This document shows positions 49,332 to 64,000 of a stretch of 64,000 nt of DNA, in pieces. Numbering within the stretch: position 1 is the stretch's first letter; every line of letters starts with the position of its first letter. Below the pieces are notes generated by a model. That model was not told the origin of the DNA and did no database searches. It saw only the letters and a program-made list of their open reading frames with translations. The DNA is from the human T2T-CHM13v2.0 reference genome, Homo sapiens, in the NCBI RefSeq assembly GCF_009914755.1, contig NC_060925.1; one strand, 5' to 3'. A program made the position numbers and the translations under genes.

Positions 49332-49490
49332 TTTTTTTTTTAAGAGATGATATCTTGTGCTGTTGTCTAGGCTGTAGTGCAGTGGCATGATCATAGTTCG
49401 CTGCAGCTTCAAATTCCTGGGCTCAAGGGATCCTCCTGCCTCAGCCCCCTGAATACTTGGGATTACAGTCGTGAGCTACCACACCCACCT
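49332..49490 (-). mobile_element. FRAM-like right Alu monomer
   Basis: Right-arm sequence with its own T tail, bounded by agcaagag(g/c)aaatttt copies. Confidence 0.75.
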
Positions 49491-49504
49491 CAGCAAGAGC
49501 AAAT

Positions 49505-49634
49505 TTTTCTTTTTTTTTGTTTGACAGGGTCTCACTCTTGCCCGGGCTGGCCTTGAACTCCTGGGCTCAAGCCATCTACCTGCCTCGACCTCCCAGAGTG
49601 TTGGGATTACAGGTATGAGCCACCATGCCTGGCC
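49505..49634 (-). mobile_element. FLAM-like left Alu monomer
   Basis: Left-arm sequence with its own T tail, bounded by agcaagag(c/g)aa copies. Confidence 0.75.
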
Positions 49635-49909
49635 AGCAAGAGGAAGTTTAATGTTAAGTACTATGTAAAGCTGTCTGTTGCCTTAATGAAAAATTTCTAA
49701 AAAATCATGGTTTTGTTTTTAGCAACCCCAAAATGCTTCTGACTTCAAGAGTTCAAATAATTTTACTGTAAAGTTTAATAAAAGGTTTAAGATATGCTGT
49801 GTAATTATGTAAGCTGGTAAGATTAAAACAAGTAAAATACAGGTAGTTTAGTTCTTAAAATCTTCATATATATTTCCTTATTAACATTAATCAGTAGAAT
49901 TGAGATTGA

Positions 49910-50105
49910 ATATAGTACAGCAGTTATGAATTTAGGCTCTAGATTCAGACTGTCTAGGTTTGAATGTCAATTCTATCACTTTCTCATTGTATGACTAGGG
50001 ACAACGTTTTTAAGCCTTAGTTTCCTCATTGATAAAATGAGGATAATCTTAGTACTTGCCTCTTTTGCTAAGAATGAGGATTAAAATGATATATGTGAAA
50101 CCATT
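49910..50105 (+). mobile_element. MIR
   Basis: aggctctagattcagactgtctaggtttgaat...agtttcctcattgataaaatgaggataat. Confidence 0.8.
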
Positions 50106-51241
50106 TATGTCATACATACCCATTCACATGATACAGTTAATTTGGATTGTCTATGTCAGTAGATGAGATACATAAAAAAGAAAATCCAGTTGATGAGTAG
50201 TTTTGACATTATTGCATACTTAATTTGTGGATTTTCAGTGCTTCTGTTTTCTTTTTTCTGTTGGAGATCCTATTAAGTAATGAATTAATTATGATATGGA
50301 AAAGTAATGATCCTCAACAAATTTGTAAACTATATACTTGGATAATCTGAAAGACTGAAACTTAACTGTACTTATGCTTTAAATTAAAATAACAACAACC
50401 AGAATACCCAGAACATACTTTTAAGGCAGGATAATAACTTATCTGACAAATTAGAGATAAGAGATCAAGATGAAGGTAGTGAAGTCAATGATGTTTTCAG
50501 TTGATTGCAGTATGATCTCCATAAAGTTAGCTATTATTTTTACTAATATATGAACAGAGTGATGAGTGGGAGCTAAAGTTAGGTACTTTGTAGGGAAATC
50601 TATGCACTATTTCTAAGGAGCTGTAGGACTGAGAAAGGTATTTTACTTGTTTTGTGTTATTTTTAAAATGAGAAAAATAAAAGCATATTTGTATGCTGTT
50701 GGGAATGATCCAACAGAGAGGGAAAATGAGAAAGATGAGAAGTATTTGATGGTCTTCTTGAGTAGATGAGAGGAAGTGGAATATAGTACACAAATGGAGG
50801 GATTATTTTTAGAAGTAAGGAAAGATTATCTCTAGAAACGGTGGGATTGCAGAAAACTAAGCTACGAACAGATGCTGGTGGGTGAATAGCTCTGATGGTG
50901 ATAAGTTGTGGAAGTTCTCTTCTGATTGCTTGTATATTCTTACTGTATTCTTAGTGAAGTAGGTCATGAACCAAACTTGAGGACGAAGGATTTGTGAGAG
51001 ATTTGAGGAGCCAGGAAAAGGTATGAAATAGATATCTGAAAGAAAAAGAGAAAGTATTAACAGTGACTAGAGACAAAAAATAGGTTTTCTACCAAGAATG
51101 AAAATGAATATTGAAAATGGACTTCTAATAGATGACAAAGGCAATGGAATAATATCTTTAAAGTACTGAGGGAAATAAGAGTAAGAGTGAAAAACAAAGA
51201 TATTTGGGGACCTGCAGAAGCTGAGGATGTAATACTTATAG

Positions 51242-51652
<411 letters not shown>

Positions 51653-51661
51653 TAAGAATCA

Positions 51662-53203
<1,542 letters not shown>

Positions 53204-54297
53204 AAAGAAATGGGTATTTTGGTATGTCTAAATACATATTATAAAAAGTAAATACTAAATTTATATATGTAAATATATTTACTAGGATATTGGATAACTT
53301 GGGATATCTGTTTTAATGCAACCAATTGCTTATTTTTTCTTTCCCTTTGTGATGAGAGGGAAAACAAAGTTCTGCAGACTGTCTTTAAAGAGCTCATGTT
53401 TTTTAAGCTGGCTTTGTGATCACTGTTTAAGAACTTTAGATGTAGTGTGACCTTAATCTACACTATGTAAAATTAGATGGTATCATAGATATTTGACATT
53501 GCCTTCCAAGTACACCAAAGATTACTAGTCTAAATTCTATATGTATCAGATACCTAAGCCATTCCCAGGTTCTGAGGTGTTTACTCAGAGGTTAGGGAAG
53601 AGAACTACTTCTGTGCATTAGAAGGCTTATCTTTGGGTGTTTCCTCAGAAGGAGGCAATAGAGTGCATAAACATCAAATTTGTGCTTAAATACATTTTAT
53701 TTTTATTTTCATCTGCTTCAGTGTTTGCGTGGCAGCCTTACTTAGATCAAATAAAACCTAGCATATGGGTTGTGTACTCCTGCCATTCAAATTCCTTTTA
53801 TGGAAAAGAAAAATAGTCTTCTTATTCATTTCCCTAATTGGGAAGGATGAAGCTAGTAAGTTATTGGACAAAAGCTGAAAAATATTCTCATGTCCATTAT
53901 GTAAAGGTTTAGACATCTTTTAAAACCAGTACCTGCCAATGTGAGGTTTTTAATGTATTTTACATTTCCAAAATTAAAACGTAATCTCCAAGATTGTCTG
54001 AATTACTTATTAGTAGAAAATATATTTGTGTGAGCTTCCTAAACCTCTGTGCTTAAGTAGTCATTCAGTCTTCGCTATTACATCATAAGTCATTACTAAG
54101 CCTTTTGTTCTGAGCTATACCAAAGATATTATTTATATAGAAACATATTTATAGATGTTTTCAGTATCATTTAGTACCTTAATTAGTATTCATGATGTTA
54201 AAAAGAGACTAAAGTTTATTTCTGATAGCTTCTCTTTTAATATGATATGTTATATAAATTTAGAAGCAGTAATTTATCTTTAGTTTATTCAGAGACT

Positions 54298-54612
54298 CTT
54301 TTTTTTTATTTTTTTATTTTATTTTTTTTTTTGAGATGAAGTCTTGCTGTGTCACCTGGGCTGGAGCATAGTAGCGCGGTCTCGGCTCACTGCATCCTCT
54401 GCCTGGCAGGTTCAAGCAATTCTTCTACCTCAGTCTCCTGAGTAACTGGGACTACAGGCACACACCACTATGCCTGGCCAATTTTTGTGTTTTTAGTAGA
54501 GACGGGGTTTCACCATATTGGCCAGGCTGGTCTTGAACTCCTGACCTCATGATCTGCCCACCTCGGTCTCACAAAGTGCTGGGATTATAGGCGTGAGCCA
54601 CTGCCCCTGGCC
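54298..54612 (-). mobile_element. AluS
   Basis: Dimer with T-rich tail on the left. Confidence 0.95.
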
Positions 54613-56113
54613 TCATATTTTAACTAATAATTTCCAGTCATTTGATTATATTTTTGGAATATTTTTACTTTCAAAAACTGTATTTGTTACCAGAAAGACA
54701 TAAAAACTACTCATGCTGCAAATATGCATGCTGGTAAATACAAATCGGATCATTTATTTCAGGACTGGTTTTATTGACTTTTTAGGTGAGGATTCTATTA
54801 TTAATAGATCTAAAATAAGAAAGAAGTAACTATTATAAACTGATTTAAGAACAAGTTGGAGCATAAAAACTCTAAAAATAAGATGGATTATGAGGTATTA
54901 AGTGTTCTCCAGTTAAAATATTATTTTATAAATAGTTAAATAATTTAAGAAATATTTCTTCCCTTAAATGTTAGTTCTAAATCAGACTAGTCTCAGATGC
55001 ATATTAGTAATGCTCGGAATGGAAAACATACACCTGTGGTAAAAGAATATGTCATGGTAAATATGTTTATACAGCTGTGTGGTAATGTTAGTTATTACAG
55101 AGCACATTTGCAGAATCATGTAATGAGCCTCATTTTCAAACAACCATTAACTTTGGCTTAGAAATGGCTAATTAAAGAATAACTGCATTTTTCAAATGCA
55201 GACTGCACAAACAATATATAGCATCACTGTAGTTGTCTTCTTAACAGAACGTATAAATTTGATTGTAAGTATATGTTGGCTAATTTCGAGGAAATTCAAA
55301 CTTCTTATAAGACTATTTCTTATTTATAATTTATACTTTCATTGCATATAATGCCTACTCTTTTAGTACCAGACTGAGTTTCCATTAAACTTTATTGCAC
55401 TTACATGGACTCTTCTGTCAAGCTTTAATAAAATTATAAAATTGACTTAATTGGGTCTATCTGAAAGCTTCCTTTATCATTAATAAATTTTATTTATTCC
55501 ATGGGGTTATAAGTCTTGGATAACTTGTATGACTTCATTCAAACTTGTTCTAGAATATGAATAAATATTATTTAAAATTAAGCATGAGTAAAAGCAAATT
55601 TAAAAATATTCTCATAGGTCTTTGAGGATTTACTCAAGAGTGCATAAAATGTTACCATTAACTATGTATTGCTATAGTGCAATCTGTAAAAATATGTTAT
55701 CTAAAAAGTTTAATAAGCAGTGGGTGGTTTCATCTATTCGTCTAACTTTTGAGCACCTGCTAGGTAAACTCTAGAAATATCAAGAAGGAAGGCTTATTTC
55801 CTGCCCTCAAGTATTTTAGTTTCCTTCTACCGAGCATCAACTTTTAATTACCAGCAGTTACTTTTTTTTAAAAACCTGCCACTTGAGAGGAAGATACTGC
55901 AAATGTATTCAACATATAAATAGTGGCATCTTTATTAGACCCTTAGCTCTTTTTAGAGCTCTCTAAAATGGATACTAAGTTATAAGAAGACCAGGAAAGA
56001 AAATAAACAGATTCATGGCGTATTTATTTCCACTCCTGGAAAAAAGAGTTCGATGTGCTTTGGGGGAACTTTTTCTTGTTTGAACAATTTAACTTCTAAG
56101 GTGGATACAAAGT

Positions 56114-56674
56114 TACCAGAGGCGTTTGAACCAGAGCAACTCCATCTTAAATAGGGGCTGGGTAAAAAAAACGCTGCCATCTGCTGGGCTGCATTCCCAG
56201 GAGGTTGAGGCATTCTTAGTCACAGGATAAGACAGGAGGTCCGCACAAGATACTGGTCATAAAGACCTTGCTGATAAAACAGTTGCAGTAAAGAAGCCGG
56301 CGAAAACTCGCCAAAACCAAGATGGCGATGAGAGTGACCTCTGGTCGTCCTCACTGCTACACTCCCACCAGCGCCATGACAGTTTACAAATGCCATGGCA
56401 ACATCAGGAAGTTACCCTATATGGTCTAAAAAGAGGAGGCATGAATAATCCACCCCTTGTTTCACTTATCATCAAGAAATAACCATAAAAATGGGCAACC
56501 AGCAGCCCTCTGGGCTCCTCTGCCTATGAGAGTAGCCATTCTTTGATTCCTTAATAAACTTGGTTTCTTAATAAACTTGCTTTCATTTTGCTTTGTGGAT
56601 TCGCCTCTAATTCTTTCTTGCTCAGACCCAAGAACCCTCTCTTAGGGTCTGGATCAGTACCCCTTTGAGTAACA
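56114..56674 (+). mobile_element. MER41 (MER41A-like) ERV1 solo LTR
   Basis: cagaggcgtttgaaccagagcaactccatctt start, ...gggtctggatc...gtaaca end, 4-bp TSD aagt. Confidence 0.92.
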
Positions 56675-57095
56675 AAGTAATGAGGTGTTCGGAGTTGATT
56701 TAAGGTTAATCATGGAAGATTTTGACCTTGGTCTTTTTTCACACCACTTAGCATGGTGACTAACACATAGCAAGTACTTCATAAATATTTATTGAATGAA
56801 TGAATGAGTAAATAAATAAGGATTAATAAAATAGTGGCCATCGATTTGCAGAAAAGGAGAGCCTTCTAGCAGAGGGAGAACTGAGGCAGGATTGTTGTAG
56901 AGGCAAGAATTGTGAATGGGTTTCCTAGGTTGGTCAAGAGGTGAGCTCAGGAGAAATGAGGACTCTAATAATCAGAAGGGCTTCCATTGTTAAACTCAGT
57001 TCGCTTTAGTATGAGAGCCCTAGGTCGTGAATGTCTAGTCTAAGTAAAATTAGTTTTATTAACTCTACAGGAGTAAAACGGGGAAGAAACTAGAG

Positions 57096-57301
57096 CAGAG
57101 ATTCTCAAAGTGTGGTCCCACACTTAGCAGCTTTAGCATCATCTGGGAGCTGGTTAGAAATGCAAATTCTAGGGCCAACCCAGAACTACTAAATGGGAAT
57201 TTCCCGGTGAGGAGTGGGGAGGAGGGAGACTCAGCAACCTGTGTTTTAGTGGGCCCTCCAGGGGATTCTGATATCCTTAGGCTAACATTTGAGAACCACT
57301 G
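57096..57301. mobile_element. MER5A hAT-Charlie MITE
   Basis: Terminal inverted repeats cagagattctcaaa / tttgagaaccactg; internal ttagaaatgcaaattct. Confidence 0.88.
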
Positions 57302-57416
57302 GGCTGGAGGAGGAAAGTCAGGTACCAAATAAAAGCAGTGAGATTAGAGATTATAGAAGAGATAATTACTAAGATTATTTCCAACTGTAAATTGAATGAT
57401 TTAAAGATTTGATTAT

Positions 57417-57781
<365 letters not shown>

Positions 57782-58159
57782 TTAAAAAATAGAGATGTTT
57801 GCGCTTTGGTGGAGAACCGTTAGGCTTTCAGCTTCACGGGTGGAACAACTCATTTTTACCAGTTACCCAAAAGTAACTGGAAAGTACAATGTCAATTTAT
57901 TATGTATAGTAGGTAAAAAACTGGCTCAAATCAGAACAGTACACTTTCATTTGGTATGTTGATGATCTTAGAAGATAAAGTTATCAATCAAAGAGGTTGT
58001 GTGCCGAAGGATCACTTGAACACAGGAGTTTGAAGTTGCAATGAGCTATGATCATGCCACTGCACTCTAGCCTGGGTGACAGAGTGAGACCCTTAATGTA
58101 AAAAAATTTTTAAAAAGGGTTGTGTGAGGAACAGATAATTAAATCAAAGGCAGTTGGAT

Positions 58160-58439
58160 GATTTTTTTTGAGATGGAGTCTTGCTCTGTCGCCCAGGCTG
58201 GAGTGCAGTGGTGCGATCTCGGCTCACTGCAACCTCTGCCTCCCGATTCTCCTGCCTCAGCCTCCCCAGTATCTGGGATTACAGGCGCCCACCACCATGC
58301 CCAGCTAATTTTTGTATTTTTAGTAGAGATGGGATTTCGCCATGCTGGCCAGGCTGGTCTTGAATTCCTGACCTCGTGATCTGCCCACCACGGCCTCCCA
58401 AAGTGCTGGGATTACAGGCACGAGCCACTGTGCTTGGCC
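58160..58439 (-). mobile_element. AluS with a small internal deletion
   Basis: cctcccgattctcc lacks ggttcaagc; short T tail. Confidence 0.93.
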
Positions 58440-59828
58440 TGGATGTTCTTAAACATTATTTTAATTGAAATCAGTAACCTAATGAATTTACTTTCTTCAT
58501 AACATAAATATTTCAGTGTAAAATAAGCAGAAGCCTTTTCCAGAAGCAAAGACCATTTTTTTCTGATCACTACAGAAGATACCCTGATTAATTTTTAGTC
58601 TTTGACTCTTTCATTAAAAAAAAAAAAGAATTCCTGGAGATTATTATTTTTCTGTTTGTGATGTTGATGTACTACACTTTGCAAATTTATTGTATCCTGG
58701 TACGGTTTGGGATACACCTTATTCTTCCTTAGAATATACACTTTCTACAAAAAAGACTTGGGATGGGTTACTTCTGAGGATGATGTGGGCTGCATGGGTC
58801 AAAACCATTCAAGTTGATTCATGTTCATTTCAGTTTTTGATTCAAGATAAACATCTTTTAGAATTCTATAATTGTATCGAATTATATCTTGAATTGTATT
58901 AAATTATATTGTATATATAGATATACATTTATATCTATAAATGTATTGAATTCTATAATTCAATAATGTATGTAGAGAACAGAGGAAGTCAGAAGGACAT
59001 GTGTCAACACTGTGTTTATGATTTATACCTATCAGCTCCCTGGTTGTCTTAAAATTGTAACTGTTTAAAGCTCATTATGAATAACCCAGGATTTATTACA
59101 TTCATTTGGATAAAATGGACAATATGGTTGTTATAAATCAAAGCAAGTAAAACCTATATGCCACTAGGATTGTTTATGAATGTGTTATTTCTCTTGTTAT
59201 TCAGGATCCCATTGACATGTTTGCATATATGCACATTTACTTGAACTTATCATGTAAAAATTTATCAGCATTTATCAACTCTTCTGTAGTTGGCACCATG
59301 CTGAGCACTCCAGTGTCAAGGAGGAACACAGGAGAGTTCCAGTCACATAGCTCCATGAAGTTCTCGTTTCAACACCATATCCCACATGGCAACAAAAGGA
59401 TATAAAAGATAAAACTAAAACGATATACCTAGTCTCAAAATCAAGACAAACATCTCTAAGGACCAGGAGGCGACCAGAAATAGAAAGTGATAAGTAGGCC
59501 TGGAACTCTGAGCCTGCCAAGCTCCTGGCCAGAAGCAGGAAGTTGCTCAACTACTCCTCAGCCACTTCTCAGGAGATGGTGGAGCTCATGCCTGAAGGAA
59601 GGGATGGAAGCCAGGAGAATCCTTCCCCCTGCCTGATTTCCATCATTGTTAATAGACACTAAAACGTTAGCTGCCAGCTCTGCCTGGGGCTGTGGTCTTA
59701 TTGTAAGCTGTGAACTAAGGGGCAAAAGTAGGATAAAAACACAGTTTAGTGACCAGAAACTGAAAAAGTTGCCTGCTGGTTCTGTAATATCCCTAATGTT
59801 GTCCTTCTAAACTATTATTCAAGGATGA

Positions 59829-60128
59829 GGCTGGCGCGGTGGCTCACACCTGTAATTCCAGCACATTGGGAGACCAAAGTGGGAGGATTGCTTGAGCGCA
59901 GGAGTTCAAGACCAGCTGAGCAACATGGCAAAACCCTGTCTCTATAAAAAAATACAGAAAATAGCAGATATGGTGGTGTGTACCTGTAGTCCCAGCTACT
60001 CAAGAGGCTGAGGTGGAAGAATCACCCGAGCTGGAGAAGTCGAGGCTACAGTAAGCCATGATTGCACTATGGCACTCCAGCCTGGGGGTCGGAGTAAGAC
60101 CCTGTCTCCAAAAAACAAACAAACGAAA
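59829..60128 (+). mobile_element. AluJ
   Basis: Diverged dimer; degenerate TSD a(a/g)ggatgagg. Confidence 0.9.
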
Positions 60129-61234
60129 AGGGATGAGGGCAAAATTAAGACATTTTAACATATGTGGAATAAGAGTATAAGAGTATTTACCATTCACATA
60201 ACCTTTCTAAAAGAAATACTAAATGGTGCACTCAGTAGGAAAAAATGTCCCAGAGGGAAGGTGTGGTGGGCTTAGAAAATAATAGTGAAATTGATTGAAA
60301 TATTAGAGATGTAAGTAGTCATTTCTTGTATTTGAAATGTGTGAACATGATTTGTTCAATTATAGCATTAATTTAATTTAACTACAAAAATAAGCTCTTA
60401 AGATACTGCAAATGTCCAATATGTCCAATAGGACCTTGTTGTTAGGTAACCAGAAGAGAGAATGACTTCTGAGTCAAAGCAGTCTAAACAGAGAAAAGGA
60501 AATTTAGGTGTACCTTGAAGAAATATGTAGGATTCAGCTTTGTCAATCTCATTGGAGGCTGTGCAGTGAAAAAGAGCAATGTGAGCAAATTGCATTTAGG
60601 TAGTGACTCATTTTGAGGGTAGTTTGGCCAGGGTTTATGTAAGAGAGTGACTGGGGAGGTTATTTTGAACCTTTTGGAATCCTTCTAGTAGGCACTGGGG
60701 TATCTGTATTGAGATAAATGAGATGGTATCCTTTTTAGCTGACTTTTTTCCAGGCAAGCCCTAGCAATTTGTCTTCTCTAAATGAGCAACATATGTATCT
60801 TTAAGAAATTCACAGTAATTGTCTTCAGGGCTTTCTCTTTTTCTTTGTAGAATGCCATATTCTCAAGTTGTGTTTTCTTTTTCTGATGATTAGCTTAGGT
60901 AATTTGAAAGGCTCTACCTCTTTGTATTATATCAGCTTTGGTTAAAACCTGTTTTTGCTTTGTTCCTTGGTTGATCCTTAGACTGAATGAAGGCCAATTA
61001 GATATTAGTATAAAGTAGGTGATATCATAGCATCAGAGAGAATCTTCTGTAAACCAGAGCCTGCTTCCAATTTGTATTGTCTAGAGAACAAAGGGTATCT
61101 TTGCACCAAAGAGACTGGGAGAAGTTGGTATTTACTTTGCTTCAAGTATAAAACTGTAGAGCAAGGGTTAAGGAACTCTTAAAGGAAGGGCACCTTCTAG
61201 TACCCTTCTTTTTCCTCTTTTACAGATGGAAGAA

Positions 61235-61577
61235 ATTTTTTTTTGGCTTTTAATTTTTTTTTCTTTTTGAATCAGAGTTTTGCTCTTTTGTCCAGGCTGG
61301 ATTGCAGTGGTGCAGTCATAGCTCACTGCAGCCTCAAACTCCCAGGAATTTCCTGGGATTGCTCAAACAATCCTTCTGCCTCAGCCTCCCAAATAGCTGA
61401 GCCTATAAGTGCATGCCACTACATCCAGCTAATTTTTTGTTTGTGTGTGTATTTTTTTGTAGAGACAGGGTCTTGCTATGTTGCCAAGGCTGATTTCCAA
61501 CTCATGGCCTCAAGTGATCCTCCCGCCTCAGCCTCCCAGAGCACTAGAATTATTGGCATGAGCCACTGTCCCTGGCC
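61235..61577 (-). mobile_element. AluJ
   Basis: Diverged dimer whose head abuts the tail of the U13 copy. Confidence 0.9.
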
Positions 61578-61590
61578 CATTTGTTTTCAT

Positions 61591-61693
61591 GTCAAACTTG
61601 TAATGTGCCAACATAGTAACAAGGTTTGAGGGAGGCACATCTCACACATCAGCATGAAAACCAAATCATGTTGCTTATGAACTACAAGTGGAC
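61591..61693 (-). pseudogene. U13 (SNORD13) snoRNA retro-pseudogene
   Basis: Minus strand reads GTCCACTTGTAGTTCATAAGCAACATGATTTGGTTTTCATG...TGTGTGAGATGTGCCTCCCTCAAACCTTGTTAC...GGCACATTACAAGTTTGAC, colinear with U13 as I recall it; box C (TGATGA>ACATGA) and box D (CTGA>TTGA) are mutated. Confidence 0.9.
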
Positions 61694-63354
61694 TAGGAAG
61701 AGATTATAATGAGGGAGTGAGATGGTGGATGCCAACTTAAAGAATAGCAAGGAATTGAATATGTGGTTGCAGCAGCCAGCACTCATGTGATCTTTGACCA
61801 TGGGCCGGAGGAATCTGAGTCTTGTCTCTGGAATTCCCAGAAGTACCTTATTTTTCATAAGCTCTTACTAATGTGCTTTAACCAAGTTGCTGTATGTCCA
61901 GAATTATAATGAATCTTTTGAGGTTATAAGAAAAAAAAATAAGTTGGAACTTAAAGAAGAGCCACTGTTTGCAAGAGGGCTTAATCATATCTTCATATCT
62001 CTGCAATTAATCTGTAGGTTTGCATAGAGTAGCAATTTGGACCGTTTATGTATTTTTCTCTCAATAAATTGTTTTAGAAGCTAGATTACTTTGCAGCATA
62101 AAGCACCTACTTTTTCTTCTGACTTACCTGTTTCCAGTGTTGTATTTTGTCCTCTCCCCTCAGTTTCCTACTTTTCCCTCAGATTGCCTTAGCTTCTGCT
62201 TTGCTTATGTTCTTCCCACTATTTGATGTGTATGTCATACATTTATCACCTTGTTACTGCTTATGGCTGTTTTCCTTTTCCCACATTTCCTTTACAGTCT
62301 GTTACTTCCTTTCTTTTTACTTCTTTTTACTTCTGTTACTTCCTTTCCTCATTCTCTCCTCCTCTATTTCTGTTTGCCTTGGTTTCCTCATTTGTTGAAA
62401 TCGTTTTCTTAAAGGAGTTTCTTAAAGGTTATAGTGAGTTGACTCATGGATTAATCAAAGTGTTTCTTTTTAACTTTATTTTATTGTCAGGCCTTATTAG
62501 CCAGCAGAATAATAAAGCCAATCATAGTATATTCTTAAGTTTGAGTAAACTTTTGTTGAACTTATTTGGTTATTTGAGGTTTCACTAAAGAATGTGAGTT
62601 AGAAAAATGGCAGAGTGATAGGGATGTGCTTTCATGTCTGAGTATTGACCTGTGATGTAATGGGTGCAAGAATGAAACATAGTTGCCATATGCAGTGATG
62701 TGATCTTGGGATATGAGACAATTTGTACTCTCAACCTGCATGACTAGATATTTATAGCAGAAATGCTAAAATGAAAACAAAAACAAGAACTTTGTTCTTG
62801 AAAAAACTTCTAATTAGACTTTAAAGTTTTGGAATATAGTAAAAAAAATAGTGACTGGAACTTAGTAAATTAGAAAGGTTTGTTTTGATGTGAGAAGTAT
62901 GGCCTGTACCCCACCTTCTTGGTACTTGGTAGTTGCTTGTATTCTCTTTAAAGATTTACCTATACAATAGTTAGAAGTGAAATATAATATTAAGACCAAA
63001 TTATTTTATAGGATATTAACAAATTAAGCAAATAAATTAAGTTTTATTTTTATAGATGAGACCATTCACTTTTATATATCAAAATGCTAGCTTGCATGTA
63101 TCAATATAGAGACATTACTCTTAGACTCAAATGATCTAGAATATGAACTTCCAAGTTAGAGTTTATTTGCAAAAGAAGTTGAATCATAAAATATCTAAAT
63201 TACTTGAATTATATTTCTCTTATAATCATTCTTCTATTTGCTTAGCAATAAGATATTATCTGTGATGGGCTTCCTTTTTCTTTTTACTCTCTGCTATTAC
63301 TCCTTAACTTTTTGTCTTTAAAAAAAGTTGCAAGGTACTAGCACTAAACATTCA

Positions 63355-63504
<150 letters not shown>

Positions 63505-64000
63505 AAGGAGTGAATAAAATAGGAACCTCTAAATAGTATTTATCTTTGCAATAGCTTTTATAAAATTTGAGATTCAAACTCCTTGTTTGATACACTCTAA
63601 ATCCAAGTGGGGGTAACTTGTTTTAATTCCAAATTTGTACTTAAGTGTGGGAATAGCTCATCTTTTTCAAATACATTCTAAATAAAAAAAAAAATGGGTA
63701 GGATCTGCTTATATAACTCATACTGTTATATGTGTTTTTTTGGTTGTTTTTTTTTTTTTTTTAACCCAAGCTTACATAGGTTTTCTCTAATGCTAGGTGA
63801 TCTGAAGGAAATCATTAAAATCTTTGGGTTGTTTGAAATTCCTTGCCTCTCTATTTGAAGTTAGTCTGGATCAAAGGGACCAGGATTTAAGTTTTTAAAA
63901 GAAACTTTGTCAAAATAAAAACTCCTTTAGGGAGACTTATGCAAATACTCAGTTGGACTTTTCAAATATAGTACTTAAATCCAGAAATAAATGTGTATTA

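Noticed and set aside
62122-62588. Hydrophobic ORFs 62147-62398 and 62223-62588, and a consensus minus-strand donor (CAG|GTAAGT at 62122-62130)
   Set aside because: The F/L/S-rich ORFs simply reflect a pyrimidine-rich tract; the putative minus-strand exon contains stop codons and has no clear acceptor.

Overview
This is primate, almost certainly human, non-coding genomic DNA: it carries a human-lineage AluYb8 at 37236-37542. It is AT-rich and dense in repeats, and most likely lies inside a long intron or an intergenic region; I cannot identify a host gene. No host protein-coding gene is supported. The recognisable ORFs in the track are broken LINE-1 ORF1/ORF2 pieces, Alu or LTR read-throughs, or short chance frames. 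The window holds about 25 Alu/FLAM/FRAM/FAM SINEs (many with readable target-site duplications, TSDs), a 5.2-kb 5'-truncated L1PA3-like element, a twin-primed inverted L1PA3-like insertion, older L1PA/L1M fragments, solo LTRs (two THE1, MLT1, MER52, MER41A), MIR/L2 relics, MER5A and a U13 snoRNA retrocopy. I found no convincing new biological system. The best leads are: (1) four nuclear-receptor half-sites at exact 10-bp spacing in unique DNA (15777-15812); (2) a fossil hAT transposase C-terminus missed by the ORF track (42352-42717); (3) a candidate 18-nt in-frame microexon (31347-31364); (4) a triple-TSD double SINE insertion that mimics a dimeric Alu (49320-49649); (5) a perfect 47-bp templated duplication and several fold-back scars. 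Subfamily names come from remembered consensus sequences, not from an alignment, and boundaries of old elements are approximate.
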